A stretch of 64,000 nt of DNA from Octopus sinensis. Lineage: Eukaryota. How positions within the stretch are numbered: position 1 is the stretch's first letter; each line of letters starts with the position of its first letter. Location: the NCBI RefSeq assembly GCF_006345805.1, contig NC_042998.1:64790001-64854000 (forward strand), given 5' to 3'. The translations under genes and the position numbers were made by a program. The notes under the pieces are model-generated. The model ran no database searches and had not been told where the DNA came from. It saw only the letters and a program-made list of their open reading frames with translations. Shown here in pieces: positions 39,286-53,110 of the stretch.

Positions 39286-39664
39286 AGCCAAGTCGGAACA
39301 GATATTTTCACGAGGCATTTCCGACCCTGCCTCGGCAATATTGACCTAAAATTTTCAAATCATCGCACTCGCGCCAAATTTATCGGCAGCAAATAAATAT
39401 AAGCCGCCGATTCCATTACGGAATTAACCAGAAAATTCATAATTAATCAATATAGGGTGGCAAACAATTTTGTAGAATTTTTTTGCCACCAGCGGCCTAG
39501 TGGGAAAAAATTAAATAGTCATAGACCATTTTTAAGTTCAACATCACAATCAAGGAACGGCCATAATAGGCCATTCACCCACTAGAAATAACAGCCAAAG
39601 CTTCAACCGCAAATAAACATCAATTCCGTAAACCAGGAGAAAATTAAAAAACATTTACCCTGTA

Positions 39665-39770
39665 ATTTCTTATACGATGCACCGTTTCATCTACTGTTTA
39701 ATGGTAAACTAACTGATTAAATTAAATCAAGCCAATCTTCCATAGGCCCTTATATTCATCAGTAAGAAAT
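39665..39770 (-). ncRNA. Hammerhead, unit 6 (one stem II mismatch)
   Basis: Plus strand reads tatattcatcag instead of tagattcatcag. Confidence 0.8.
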
Positions 39771-39999
39771 AGCCAAGTCGGAACAGATATTTTCACGAGG
39801 CATTTCGACCCTGCCTCGGCAATATCTGACCTAAAATTTTCAAATCATCGCACTCGCGCCAAATTTATCGGCAGCAAATAAATATAAGCCGCCGATTCCA
39901 TTACGGAATTAACCAGAAAATTCATAATTAATCAATATAGGGTGGCAAAAAATTTTGTAGAATTTGTTTGCCACCAGCGGCCTAGTGGCAAAAAATGTG

Positions 40000-40184
40000 G
40001 GAATTGATGTTTATTTGCGGTTGAAGCTTTGGCTGTTATTTCTAGTGGGTGAATGGCCTATTATGGCCGTCCTTGATTGTGATGTTGAACTTAAAAATGG
40101 TCTATGAATATTTAATTTTTTCCCACTAGGCCGCTGGTGGCAAAAAAATTGTACAAAATTTTTGCCACCCTATATTGATTAATT

Positions 40185-40186
<2 letters not shown>
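40000..40186 (+). repeat. Inverted partial unit capping the array
   Basis: Reverse complement of ataattaatcaatatagggtgg...aagttcaa|catcacaatc...catcaattcc, followed by (TA)n. Confidence 0.9.
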
Positions 40187-40235
<49 letters not shown>

Positions 40236-40240
40236 TATAC

Positions 40241-40282
<42 letters not shown>

Positions 40283-40313
40283 TTATATATATAATATATA
40301 TATACATATAATA

Positions 40314-40358
<45 letters not shown>

Positions 40359-40364
40359 TAATAT

Positions 40365-40428
<64 letters not shown>

Positions 40429-40739
40429 CATATATAATATACATATATATACATTTCTAAGTATATGTGTGTGACGCTTTTATTTTTAAAGGCATGCTAT
40501 TGTAATTCGTAAATTTCACCGGAAGAAATTTTTGATCATAACAATAGAAACTAAATAACGACCAATTTAAGATTCTGCCTTAACCAAAACAAAAAGGTAT
40601 TTAGGAACATTCACTATAAACGGAAACTTCAATTTAACAAAAAACATAAAATCAGTGTATCCATTACTTATGTTTGCAATGAAACATATGTAGCCTCGAT
40701 CCTATATTTTACCTGCTCCATTCCCTCAATTTTAATTTA

Positions 40740-40851
<112 letters not shown>

Positions 40852-40873
40852 CTGATATATATATATATATATG

Positions 40874-40933
<60 letters not shown>

Positions 40934-41652
40934 GTATGTATGGATGGATGGATGTATGTATGGATGGATGGATGTAAATACTATTTGCCAACATTATGTG
41001 GCTGTTCTGAAAGGGATGACTGTTGCAGTTGTTTAGCCTCAGAAAACATTTGTTTCCAGCTAGCTATACGACACAATATATGTTTTCTTATATGTTTCAA
41101 AGGGGGAGTCCAGCACCTCCATCCAGCACAAAACAACATCTCCTTCACACAAGGAAATATATGGAGTAACACATCTATACATAGTCAAAAATACATACAA
41201 ATTCACACTTAGACATGCACACTCAAGGAGTTAGAAGTACACACATACAGATGAAAAACACACGCACACAGACACGAATATGTTAACATGAATATGCAGA
41301 ACCTATACGCACAAACGTACACATATACATACCCATATGCATATGCATACACACACATACATACACACAGATGGATGCATACATACATATACATATACAT
41401 ATGCATACACACATGCATGCATACACACATGTGGATGCATACATACATATGTATCCGCACATACACTGACCCATACACATGGGCAGAAACAAAGAAAAAT
41501 AACGCAGCTCGGATAAGGGATAGTGTCAACGACTATTGAAAATGTTGCAAGACGCAACGAAATTCTAGGAAAATAAATAACTAAAAGAATGGAAACCTTA
41601 CCGGTGTGTTGAATAATAAAGCACTAAAAGAGAATGGCTCTCCCCAGACAAC

Positions 41653-41700
<48 letters not shown>

Positions 41701-41728
41701 GTATGTACATATATATACATATATATAT

Positions 41729-41792
<64 letters not shown>

Positions 41793-41814
41793 ATATATAT
41801 ATATATATATTATT

Positions 41815-41928
41815 TACAATCTTGTTTGTTGTTAACACAAAGTTTTGGCTGATATACTCTCCACACTTCTTCAGCTGTCCTGGGGAGATTTCGAACCTGG
41901 GTTCTCATTCCTAAGGTGTTTTCGATAC

Positions 41929-41980
<52 letters not shown>

Positions 41981-42132
41981 AATAATAATTTCCCCAGGAC
42001 ACCTGAAGAACGCTTGAGTGTATATCAGCCAAAACGCTGTGCTAACAACAAACCAGATGAGGACAAATATATCCGTCAAATGTAAATAATGTAAACAATG
42101 TACATAATTGCTCATCTCTCATATATAGAACT
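41815..42132. mobile_element. Divergent pair of family-H1 stubs around (TTA)n
   Basis: Minus copy 41815-41928 and plus copy 41988-42132. Both have CTGAAGA..CAGCC, with GAAA eroded to AAAA. Confidence 0.7.
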
Positions 42133-42244
42133 ATATATATACATATACATATATATATATATATAAATATACATATATATATATACACACATATATATAT
42201 ATACATACACACACATACACACACATGCACACACACACACATAT

Positions 42245-42276
<32 letters not shown>

Positions 42277-43163
42277 CAAAGAGAGAGAGGAGAGAGAAAG
42301 AGATAGAGATTGATTAATTGATTGCTAGAGATAGATAGATAGAGAGTTAGGCATAGATAGATACATAGATAGAGAGAGAGAGTTAGACAGATAGATATAT
42401 ACATAGACAGATAGAGTGAGAGTTAGACATATAGATATATACATAGATAGAGAGAGAGAGAGAGTTAGTCAGATAGATAGATACGTAGATAGATAGAGAG
42501 TGAGACACCCTCCAATTCACCATTCATTTATATATTTAGTCATTTACCATCGTATTGAATTGGGTTTAAGAATGGTGACCTCTACAAGAAAAAATAAAAT
42601 ATGTGGTATGGTCATTACTGACGTTTTTTTTCTTTTCTCTCTCTTTTTTCCCGTCTTTTATTTTCTCCTGTCTTTCTTCTTTTTCTTTTTTTTTCCCCTT
42701 TTTCCTTTTCTTCCTTTTTTTCTCCTCCTCCTTCTTTGTTATTTCCTCTTTTTTTTCTCGCCTCTTTGAGTTATATTTAGAATACAAAATGTACTCTCTC
42801 CGCTTTTCTTTCGAACAATTAATTTTGGAGAATGTTTTCATTAAACGTAATATAATATATATATATATATTATATTATATATATATATATATATGTATTT
42901 GTGTCACCGGCTGACACTCGCTGACGATACATCGATGAGGCCAGGGAACAGAAAAAAGAAGAAAGAAGACATGCACCCAACACCAGAGCTGAAGACACCT
43001 CCGAAAGAGAGGGGGCGCCACGTCAAAATGATAGACGAGTAGGGGCCAAAACCGGACGTGGTTCCTCCTGATGATGTCTTGAGCCAACTGGATCCTATAA
43101 AAGAGCTGTTGTGATAGCAGACCACGAAACACGGTTGTAATTCCTCATATATAATATATATAT

Positions 43164-44159
43164 ATGCTGTTTTTACGTTTACGTTTCTCGTTGAGTTCTA
43201 CGCCTATTGGTGTCCTGTACACACGTATATATATTTATATATGCATGTATATATACATGTAGATGTAGGTACATACATATAAGTTTGTATGTATGCATAT
43301 ATTTTATTTATTACACTATTGTATGACTGGGTGCCTTCGCGTCGATTCGATACGTTTGGTTTCGTTTCGTTTCTTCTTCTTCTCTAAGCTGGTTTTTATA
43401 AATAATTATGACGCGAAACTCCATAACTTCTTCTTCTCTCTTTCTTTCACCCTCTTTTGCTTCCTTCCTCTCTATCGCTCTCTCTCTCACTCCTCATCTC
43501 TCTCACAGCCGGGTCTACAAATTTCCTTTCGCTGGCGGCATTATTCAAGTAAGCATGTTTCTTCCTGCGCTCCTGAAAAAAATTTTTTGCTCGTCTAGTC
43601 TTATAGGCCATCATTATTTGTTTTCCTGTCGTGTTTCTATTCCTTCTTGTACTGTATTTCTTGTAATTGTATTTTTATTTTGTATTTGTTTTTAATTGTA
43701 TTGTTTTTACGTCCTGTTTTTGTCACTTTTTTTCCTTGTTTTTACCCCTCTGCAAAGGAATTTTATTTAATTCTTTCGCAAGAAGGACTATTTCGGCGAG
43801 ACGTGTTCTGTCCTTACCTTCGAAACACGCTGGAGTTGAACTAGGGACGGCTGATGAAGGGGATTTTTCCTTGTGTAGTTGTCTTGTACTCAGTTTTTTC
43901 GTTGTTAAAAGAATGGTCCGTTCCATGCTGTTTTTACGTTTTCGTTTCTCGTTGAGTTATACGTCTATTTATGGTGTCCTGTACACAAGTATATATATTT
44001 ATATATGCATGTATATATACATGTAGATGTAGGTACGTACATATATGTTTGTATGCATGCATATAATTTATTTATTACACTATTGTATGACTGAGCGCCT
44101 TCGCGTCGATTCGATTCGATTCGTTTGGTTTCGTTTCATTTCTTCTTCTTCTCTGAGCT

Positions 44160-44165
<6 letters not shown>
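43164..44165 (+). mobile_element. Non-coding element with ~230-bp direct terminal repeats (pLTR-like)
   Basis: 43164-43395 is repeated at 43925-44165; (TA)n on both sides. Confidence 0.6.
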
Positions 44166-44209
<44 letters not shown>

Positions 44210-45018
44210 ATATATATACAGGTTATGTGTGTTTGTGTGTTTTTCTTTGTGTCTGTGTTTCTTCGCTATCAACACGCTTAGCAACCGGTTTTTGTGTATT
44301 TATGTCTCTTTAAATTAGCAGTTCAGCATAAAAAAATCGATAGATTAAGTCTCATTGCTTGATTAACAACTGCTAAACTGCACCGTTAAGTAACAAAATT
44401 TTGCTACTGAATTTTTATTTCTTTTATGTTGCATTCAGCAAACAATATGACCTAAATAACAATTTCGTTTCTTTGCTGTCTTGTAAAGAGTGCTCCCATC
44501 GGAATCTACATTTTCATGTTTTTTTATACATTTCTCATGTTACTAGTATTTTTCAAACAGTTTTAATTATTTTTTTTAATGACAACTTTATTTTCTGACT
44601 TAATTTGTCTAATTCTTATTTATCATGCTACAATTTCTACGACAATTAAATAATCATTATCTAAAATTAAATTAAATCCTATTGCTTTAGGATTTCACGG
44701 TTCTATCTCGTACTGTTATATCCTTGAGCTGACCAAAGACTTATAAGTCGATGTAGCAGATGGAAACTAAAAAGAACCACGTCATATGTGTGTGTGTGTG
44801 TGTGTGTGCGTGTGTGTGTGTGTTTGAAACCCCGTAACTTAGAGGTTCAGCAAAAGGGACCCCCAGAATAAGTACCAGGCTTGTAAAATTAGTACTGGGA
44901 GTCAATTAATTCGGCTAAGCATTCAAGGCAGTGCCACAGGGCAGTGTTTAATGACTGAAAACTTCAAGGCGGTGTCTAATGACGGAAACATGTTAAAGAA
45001 AATATATACTGGTATACA

Positions 45019-45053
<35 letters not shown>

Positions 45054-45764
45054 GCACACGCACAACATGCTACTTAAATTAATATATCAGACGAGATACC
45101 GATGTAATCTATCTGCCCCAGTGTCATGTTAAACGCGGTAATAACAAGATTGAGGAAGAGATGCATTTCTTTATGATTCATAATCATCGCATATAAAATT
45201 CGAATACGTTGCAAAAGGATAAGTGTAAGTTATTTGAAGGGCTGTCATCAAATTTAAATATTCACTACAAATTCTGAAGCTGAAAACCGGTTTTGGGACG
45301 CAATTGTTTTCTCTCTCATAAACCGAACCTCATGTGACTTGTCATTAATCTGAAATACCATTTCTTTTCATTGGCGTGAAATAAATTATGACTGGCTACA
45401 TTGCCATGCTGTTCTCGTCCAATTGACTGGTAAATATAGAAATCCCTCTATAGTTTGTAAAAGATACTAGACAGGAGACAGGCATCCTATGAACAAATAT
45501 GGATTAGAAGACAAAAGACGTTAAATACGCGGAATTAATTGTTAGAGATGTAGCCATCACTGTAATTAGTGGCGTTTAATTTAATGTCTTTTAGACAATG
45601 TTGCTCTAACATGTTTAAAATTCTTGGCGTTTAATTGACTCATATATTGATGTATGGTTTTTTTTCTATTGTGTTCTTGGAATGTGTATTCTATCTTTGT
45701 GATTGTAGTGGTAGTTATGGTAAAAAATTAAGCGATTTTCCGGGTAATATTTATGGTAATATTA

Positions 45765-45965
45765 AGGCGGCGATCTGGCTGGGCAAAACGTTTTGCAGCT
45801 TTTCGTTCGTTTTTACATTCTGATTTCGAGTTCTGTCGAGGCCTACTTCACCTATCATCCCTTCGGTGTTAATAAAATAAGTACCAGTTCAGCACTCGGG
45901 TTGATGTAATTGACTTACCCACTTTCTCAAAATGGTTGGCCTTGAACCAAAACTTGAAAAACATA
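45765..45965 (+). mobile_element. SINE family B
   Basis: Homologous to 1-175. Confidence 0.55.
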
Positions 45966-46873
45966 TTTATGGTACTGTCCAAGTCAGTATCAGAAAATTA
46001 AGAGATGATTTCAATTCTTCACTATGGTATGATGTAGTTTTGCGAAATTCGTCTTTCTCAACGTCTGTATATTCCCTAATACTTGAAATTTCATTTCATC
46101 TCTCAATGCATACAATATAAAACATAGAGGAACCAGACCTGATAATGCAGTACCATCTTAACCATCAATGCAATCACTTAAATATTGCCTTCTGTTACTT
46201 TAACCTAAGGAAGAAATCATGACAAATATAAAGCATCAATTTATGGTTTTCATATTGATAAAAGCTTGGAATAATTTGGTTTATATGTCAAAATATACTA
46301 AATCATGCAGTAGACGATATTTGGAAATATATACTGTTCCAAAATAATAAAAACCAATAAATCAACAATTGAATCTCTCCGATAAAATTCATCCAATTTC
46401 CTGTTTCACTATGTAGATATATTTGTATTATTACTGCCAACAGACTACGTAATATATTCACAAAGTTTCGTGACGTAATAATTACGCATCCACCACCATG
46501 CCCTTCTTCACTAGGTCTCTGTAAATGTATAGTAGCTTACAATTGGCCACTCGGATTTATACTAATCAGGAACTTTCAACGAAAGAAACGATTCATACAA
46601 TTAAAGTCTTTAAATACAGTTTCTATTTGTAAATTCAATGCTAAATATTTTTCATAGCATTGAACTAGAAGTTATATGTGTTGTGCTATTCATTAGATCA
46701 CTCCGTACATCAAATTGACATCGCCTGTACGGGCGAATTTCGTGCCACATATCAGATGTAGTGATCGCAGAGCAACGGAAGTGAAATATTTCGCTCAAGA
46801 ATACAACGCAATACCCGGTACAGGAATCGAACTCACAATCTCGTGTTCTTTAGAGAAACATTAACGACACTGA

Positions 46874-46967
<94 letters not shown>

Positions 46968-47070
46968 ATCTATCTGTCTGTCTGTCTGTCTGTCTATCTA
47001 TCAATCTATCTATCTATCACTCTCTCTGTCTGTCTGTCTTTCTGTCTATCTGTCTATCTGTCTATCTCTC
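46874..47070. repeat. (TATC)n/(TGTC)n microsatellite
   Basis: Directly visible. Confidence 0.95.
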
Positions 47071-47151
47071 TCTCTATATATATGTGTGAGTGTTTGTGTG
47101 TGTATGTTTGTGGGGGGTATGTGTGTATGTATATGTATATGTACATGAAAT

Positions 47152-47197
47152 CCACCTGATGAATGTCCTGAGAAGAGGCATGAAACAATTGTAGTGG
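47152..47197 (+). ncRNA. Minimal type I hammerhead ribozyme, intact (family H3)
   Basis: CCAC CTGATGA ATGTCCT gaga AGAGGCAT GAAAC AATT GTA GTGG; ACAATTGT palindrome; predicted cleavage after 47193. Confidence 0.82.
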
Positions 47198-47302
47198 CGA
47201 ATATAATTTTATTTAATTTATATTAAAATTGTTTTATGTATTGGATTAAGTCTTTCTTTGTTTGATTTGCAAAATAGTGGTTTTGTCTCTAATTAATATA
47301 TT

Positions 47303-47406
<104 letters not shown>

Positions 47407-49003
47407 CATATATAGTTTGATACACACACACGCCGCGATATTTATATAAAAAAGGAATACCAAAAATGGAAAAAGAACGCAAAACATCCAGACAGACGAT
47501 GCGAAAAAAGGACGGGTCATGAGGTGTTTTCTTTCCTCAGTCGAGATCCAGATTATCTTTGCAATTTTGGCTGATTATACTCGAGATTGCTCCAATCTGG
47601 CCAGCCCCAAGGAAAAAATAAGCTAACAGCATTAACTTCCTTGGAAGAATGCAGCAAATATATACGAAGACAACAACAGAAAAAAAAACGTAGAAATGGT
47701 GCACAAATGCAATAACAGGACATTACCAACGGGTGTCTTTCGACTAACGACAAATTAAATTAAGCTGGCGTGTGTGGAAGTGAAGCCTTATGGCAGGGAC
47801 ATAAGAGATGACAAGCATAGGGAGGAGTGTAGCTGTTGTACCGATGATGGTCGAACCAAATAAGAAAGGTCTGGCTTGGCCAAGAAAGAAAAGGAGCAAA
47901 TGAAAGGAAAAAGGAGGGAAGGGGAGGATGAAAGAGAAAGCCAGTAATATGACAGAGGGGTAATAAAAGAAAGAAGAGTGGAAAAAACGAATTAAATATG
48001 AATAGACTGATAGAAAGTAATGAATGAAAGAATAATAGAGTCGTTCAAAATTTATATATACATATGTGTGTGTGTGGGTTCTGTCGGTCTGTGTGTGTAT
48101 GTTTGTGTGTATGTGTATGTGTGTGTACTTACATATAAGAGACCAAAGTGTACGTACGCCGCTATATTTATATCAAAAGGATTACCAAAAATGGGACAAG
48201 AACGCAAAGCATCCAGAGAGACGATGAGTTTCTTTCAGTTTCCATCTACCAAATCCGCTAAAAATGCGTTGGTCGGCCCACGACTATAGAAGAAAACACT
48301 TGCCCATTATATATATATATATATGCATATATATATATGCATATGTATGTAGAGATGGATGAGCGTATATGTGTGTATACTTTAAGATTATACGTATATT
48401 TGTGAGTATGTGTAAGTGTCTATTTTATTGTGTGTACTTGTATATATGTGTAAGGTTATATGTGCATATATGCATCTTAGACGTTGTATCTATTCACCGT
48501 TAGACCGTGGTGAGAAGGACAAACGCACACACACGCGCACACACACATATGTGTGTGTCTATATAAATGTATATGTGTGCATATATACGAACTTCATCAA
48601 GGTAACAGTCATGTATACAACTTGAACTACACATGTACACACACACAGAGACACGTCTACACACTCTCCTAAATACTCATTTATACATACATAAGTACAT
48701 AAGTACATATATACATGCGTATAGGCATGCACACATGCATGCGCACATATATGTACACACATACATACGCACATACATACATACACGAATACATACATAC
48801 ATATATACACACACATAAATACGTACATATATATATATCATGAACTAACTGTTAATTTCTCAGATGCAGCACGAAGTTTTGTCAGGGAAAAGGTCGTGGT
48901 CTCAAAGCGACGAAAATATTTTGACAAACTAAATTTAAATGTTGAAGTAAATCTAACGGTTTTGTGTGTTTCTTAAATGGCTTATAAACACCTTCCACGC
49001 TGC

Positions 49004-49042
<39 letters not shown>

Positions 49043-50771
49043 CTTTAAGACAATGCATTGCGTCGTCGCAAATTGGTTTCCGTTAGGTTTACGAAGTCTA
49101 AATTAAGTGAGGAAGAGAATTTGGTTGGAAATATACTATGTATAAATCTGACAGATATGCTAGATATTTTCTAAACTATTTCTTGTTCATACGGCGAAGG
49201 TAGACTCAATTTGAGAATTGTATATTTTACATGCTGCTTTCATAAATTGGCCTTCCACCGTATTTCACAACTCCACAGTTCCATGTCATCTCCGGATGTG
49301 TGATTTCTGTCTGATTGTCACTTTGTATGAACGAGTGGGATGGCTTTGTGAGATGGTTTTCTGAAAGTAATTGCATCCACGCTGAATAACAACATACATA
49401 TTTATCCTGGTATTAGATTTCTGTTTTTTTTCTTCTTTATATTATATATGTAAGTAATTTACTTCGTTTCTAAGTACAATTTTCTCATCTTCAGGTAAAA
49501 GATTACCGTAAAGAAATAACTAGATAAAGAAATGATATTTTTTAATTCCTACATGATTAAATATTTTGTTCATTTTTAATCATCACTCAACTAAATTCAT
49601 ATTATTTACAACATAGATTAAATTACAATATGATTAGAATGTAATCACACTATTGTAGATAATGTATTTTACGCGGAACAGAAAAATCCTAATTAAAAAA
49701 GACAATGAAATATTGCTACAGTTTAGTCAGTACATAATGTCCGGAAGAAACTACTAATGTGTTTGCTGGTTCTAAAGTAATAATTTAGATCATTTCTAAG
49801 GTATTTACATTTCTCGCAGTTTCAGTCAGACCTAGTTTACATCAATTGGCAGGTGCCCATATTGGAACTCTCCTCATCATTGTCCCTCGAATTTATTTTA
49901 TTGAAGGTCAAAATATTTATCAATATCATTCATTCTATTCTTGCAAGAAAACGCATGCCTTAAGACGGATGTCCTTATTGTTACATGCCTGTCCGACAAC
50001 TTCGTTTTTCGTTGTATTTTCTTCGTTGACGCGATATACGGTTAGTAAGATAATAATTATATGGAGACTACGATTCACTGATGAGTTTATCATCTCACCA
50101 AAAAGCGTCAACTCACTGGCAAAGACCAGGTAAGACATCGTGACACTGATCTCTTAAGCTTCTAAATTTATACTTACAACAACAACGAAAATTTAAGCAA
50201 TTCCCTTAAATTTATTGCTGTGTTTTTATATTCCGCTTCTTCTGCTTGAAGTTAGGAATCTCAGTGTGGGAACATAGTTTTCAACAATAACCCATGACTA
50301 ATTTATACAAATTGAGCCAGTAGCTCACTTGTTTGATATCCAATAACTTTTACTTATATTTGCAAATTGATGTTAAGAGTATACAGATTTGTCTCATACA
50401 TATATAGTATTACTATCACTATTTTTTCTATTTTTGATTATTGTTTCTTCTCTCTGACAATCGCTCAGCCAAAATGGTACGAGACAAAATTTAAAGTGTG
50501 TAGCTTCGTGTTTTATCTTGATTTGTAACTGACGTTCTACGTATTCGTGTATATTAATTAATATTTCTACAGAAATTTATGTACGTAGTTCTGACTACTT
50601 CCAATCATTTGTTACTCATGCAATTTTCGCATGTTTTTGTTTGCAAAAGTAAATGTACACTATCCAGCCTTGTTCTGTGGAAACATCGTGCGATATGTCC
50701 TCATTGTACTATTTTCAAACTGATATTTTTTACCCATTTGAAATGCAAATTCGCATAAGATAAACGTTTAT

Positions 50772-50845
50772 AATTAATAATAATAATAATTATAATAATT
50801 ATAATAATAATGATAATAATGATGATAATAATAATAATAATAATG

Positions 50846-50893
<48 letters not shown>

Positions 50894-50922
50894 TAATAAT
50901 AATAATAATAATGATAGTAATG

Positions 50923-51018
<96 letters not shown>
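50772..51018. repeat. (TAA)n microsatellite
   Basis: Directly visible. Confidence 0.97.
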
Positions 51019-51020
<2 letters not shown>

Positions 51021-51263
51021 TCAAAAGATAGTCCTCATGGGAACTGCTCATATCCTACGCAAAATTCTCTCTATGTAATCCCAAGGTTTAAAAGAAACTT
51101 TTTTTTTATGCATTAGACATTCACTAGTACAACACCAAAAAAACCCAAATATATGGCACACTAGGCATACCAACAACGTGAAATTCCAACCTGTTGTCTC
51201 TTGAGGTCTCTGGTTGAGACTTGGAGCCAACTTGTACAGACATAAAGCAAAAGTCAAACATAG
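51019..51263 (+). mobile_element. 3' stub of an RLE-type (R4/Dong-like) non-LTR retrotransposon within (TAA)n
   Basis: IQKIVLMGTAHILRKILSM* (51019-51078) resembles the C-terminus of restriction-like-endonuclease LINEs. (TAA)n lies on both sides. Confidence 0.6.
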
Positions 51264-51282
51264 AATAATAATAATAATAATA

Positions 51283-51359
<77 letters not shown>

Positions 51360-51374
51360 ATGATGATGATGATG

Positions 51375-51423
<49 letters not shown>

Positions 51424-51799
51424 TAATAAATGCCCTGATGCAGTACCAACCAGCGGCTCTCGTGACTTCTGATCTTAGCTGATTGAAGTGTTATCATATA
51501 CATTGTCTTATCTTAGTATAAACGACGGGCTACAGCAAATATTCTGCTCAATACCACAGATTTGCTTCTTAATTGTTTGACTTTAACCAGTTGAGCATGT
51601 CCATAAGTCGCTGACGATATGTGCATCTCTGATCACGGGCAGAAATAGTGGGGAAGCATCATAGCCATGTGTTGAAAGGAATTATTTGGGGTTTGAATAA
51701 TTCACCTTTGGAAGCATGGGTGTTTCGTTCAATATACTTAAACAACCCTTATTGAGAGACCTTTTGAGCGAGATTGGCTACTCGACTAGAAGAAAATTC

Positions 51800-52035
51800 T
51801 AATAGGGCCCCACAGGTCGGAAATGGCTGGACACGGCGTGCAGAACGGTTTCGTCGCTCTGACTGCATCTCGGGCAGGTCGGCCCCGTGTTTCTCGAGCC
51901 GTGTCGGTAGAGCTTATCCCGAACGGGTAGCGCTTTTCGGTAGCACTGCCAGGCCAGGGATCTCTGGAAGTTGTCCATAGGAATCGGCCCGAAATTCGTC
52001 TTGAACAGGTGCATCAGGTATTCCTCGTCGACGCC
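51800..52035 (-). mobile_element. L1/Tx1-type ORF2 fragment (zf-RVT)
   Basis: LAWQCYRKALPVRDKL...CPRCSQSDETVLH. Confidence 0.7.
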
Positions 52036-52071
52036 GACTCAATAATAACAATAATAATAATAATAATAATG

Positions 52072-52108
<37 letters not shown>

Positions 52109-52135
52109 TAAGGATGATGATGATGATGATAATAG

Positions 52136-52318
52136 CATCGCAAAATACCTTAGGAATGACAAACCAGGTCAGAAATTTCCCCAAGACACCTGATAAAGGC
52201 TGGAGGGTATATCAGCCGAAATGTTGTGTTAACAACAATCAAGAAGAGGACAAATATCCGTGAAATGAAAATAATATAAATAAGGCATATAATTCGTCAT
52301 CTCTTAAATATAGAACTA
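52136..52318 (+). mobile_element. Family-H1 stub with eroded hammerhead (52185-52230)
   Basis: gacac CTGATAA a GGCTG..CAGCC GAAAT GTT gtgtt; collinear with 2060-2190. Confidence 0.65.
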
Positions 52319-52972
52319 TAAACGTTTATGTTCTTTAGGATTAGAAAGTTCAATTTACAATAAATTGTTAGCACTTGTACTCTACAATGAAACGCATTAA
52401 GTTATTTTGCATCAAGTTTTGGATAGTGTAATGACTATCATGTATTCTGCATTAATGTTAGCAACTTTGTGAATGTTGCAAAAAAAAAACATGACAATAT
52501 GAAATATATTCATTACAAATTTAAGCACAAGGCCACCAATTTTGACATAGTTATTTTAGAGACCATGAAAGGATGAAAGCGAATTCGGTGGCATTTGAAA
52601 TCAAATTGTAAAGGCGAGCTAAATGCCGTTAAGCATTTTGTCGGGCATTCTAAAGCATCCGCCAGCTGGCCGCGTTAGACACTGTGAGTATTAAGATAGG
52701 TAGTGTATATAATAATAATTTTGTCCTTAAGTAACTACTAAATTTAATATTTTATAAAATGATGATATCTTATTATAACTATTCAGTTCATGCAAATGTT
52801 ACAGAAAAATTTACCTAATTGAAACTTACGTTTCCTTACCAACCTATTTAGATCAGCGTAAAAATACGCAATATTTCATATGGTGAATTCTAGTAAATCA
52901 AATGTGGCTACACATTAATATACGGCTTTCAACATACACCCACATATAACTTATTCAAATTTGACAGCGTTT

Positions 52973-53110
52973 GCATAGCTCAGTTGTTAGAGGGTCGGGC
53001 TCGCAATCATGAAGTAGTGAGTTCGATTCCGCCACTGGGATGTGTGTTGCGTTCTTGAACAAGACACTTTATTTCCCGTTGTTCCAGTTAACTCAGCTGT
53101 AGAAATGTGT
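52973..53110 (+). mobile_element. SINE family C head
   Basis: A box TAGCTCAGTTG, B box GAGTTCGATTCC, CORE-like CTTGAACAAGACACTT. Confidence 0.7.

Larger units (their letters stand above)
37122..39996 (-). repeat. ~485-bp tandem array (about 6 units) with one hammerhead per unit; candidate non-LTR retrozyme
   Basis: Units start at 37122, 37607, 38088, 38570, 39057 and 39542 and are near-identical. (TA)n lies on the left, and no credible ORF is present. Confidence 0.93.

Noticed and set aside
37122-39996. CRISPR array or 5S/tRNA/snRNA gene cluster
   Set aside because: No unique spacers, no recognisable RNA gene or A/B boxes, and a eukaryotic context.
42902-43140. Solo LTR (TG start, TATAAAA)
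   Set aside because: No CA end, TSD or second copy; insufficient support.
43825-43872. Type II hammerhead (GAAAC before CTGATGA); similar motif at 57410-57470(-)
   Set aside because: Stems I and III cannot be formed convincingly.
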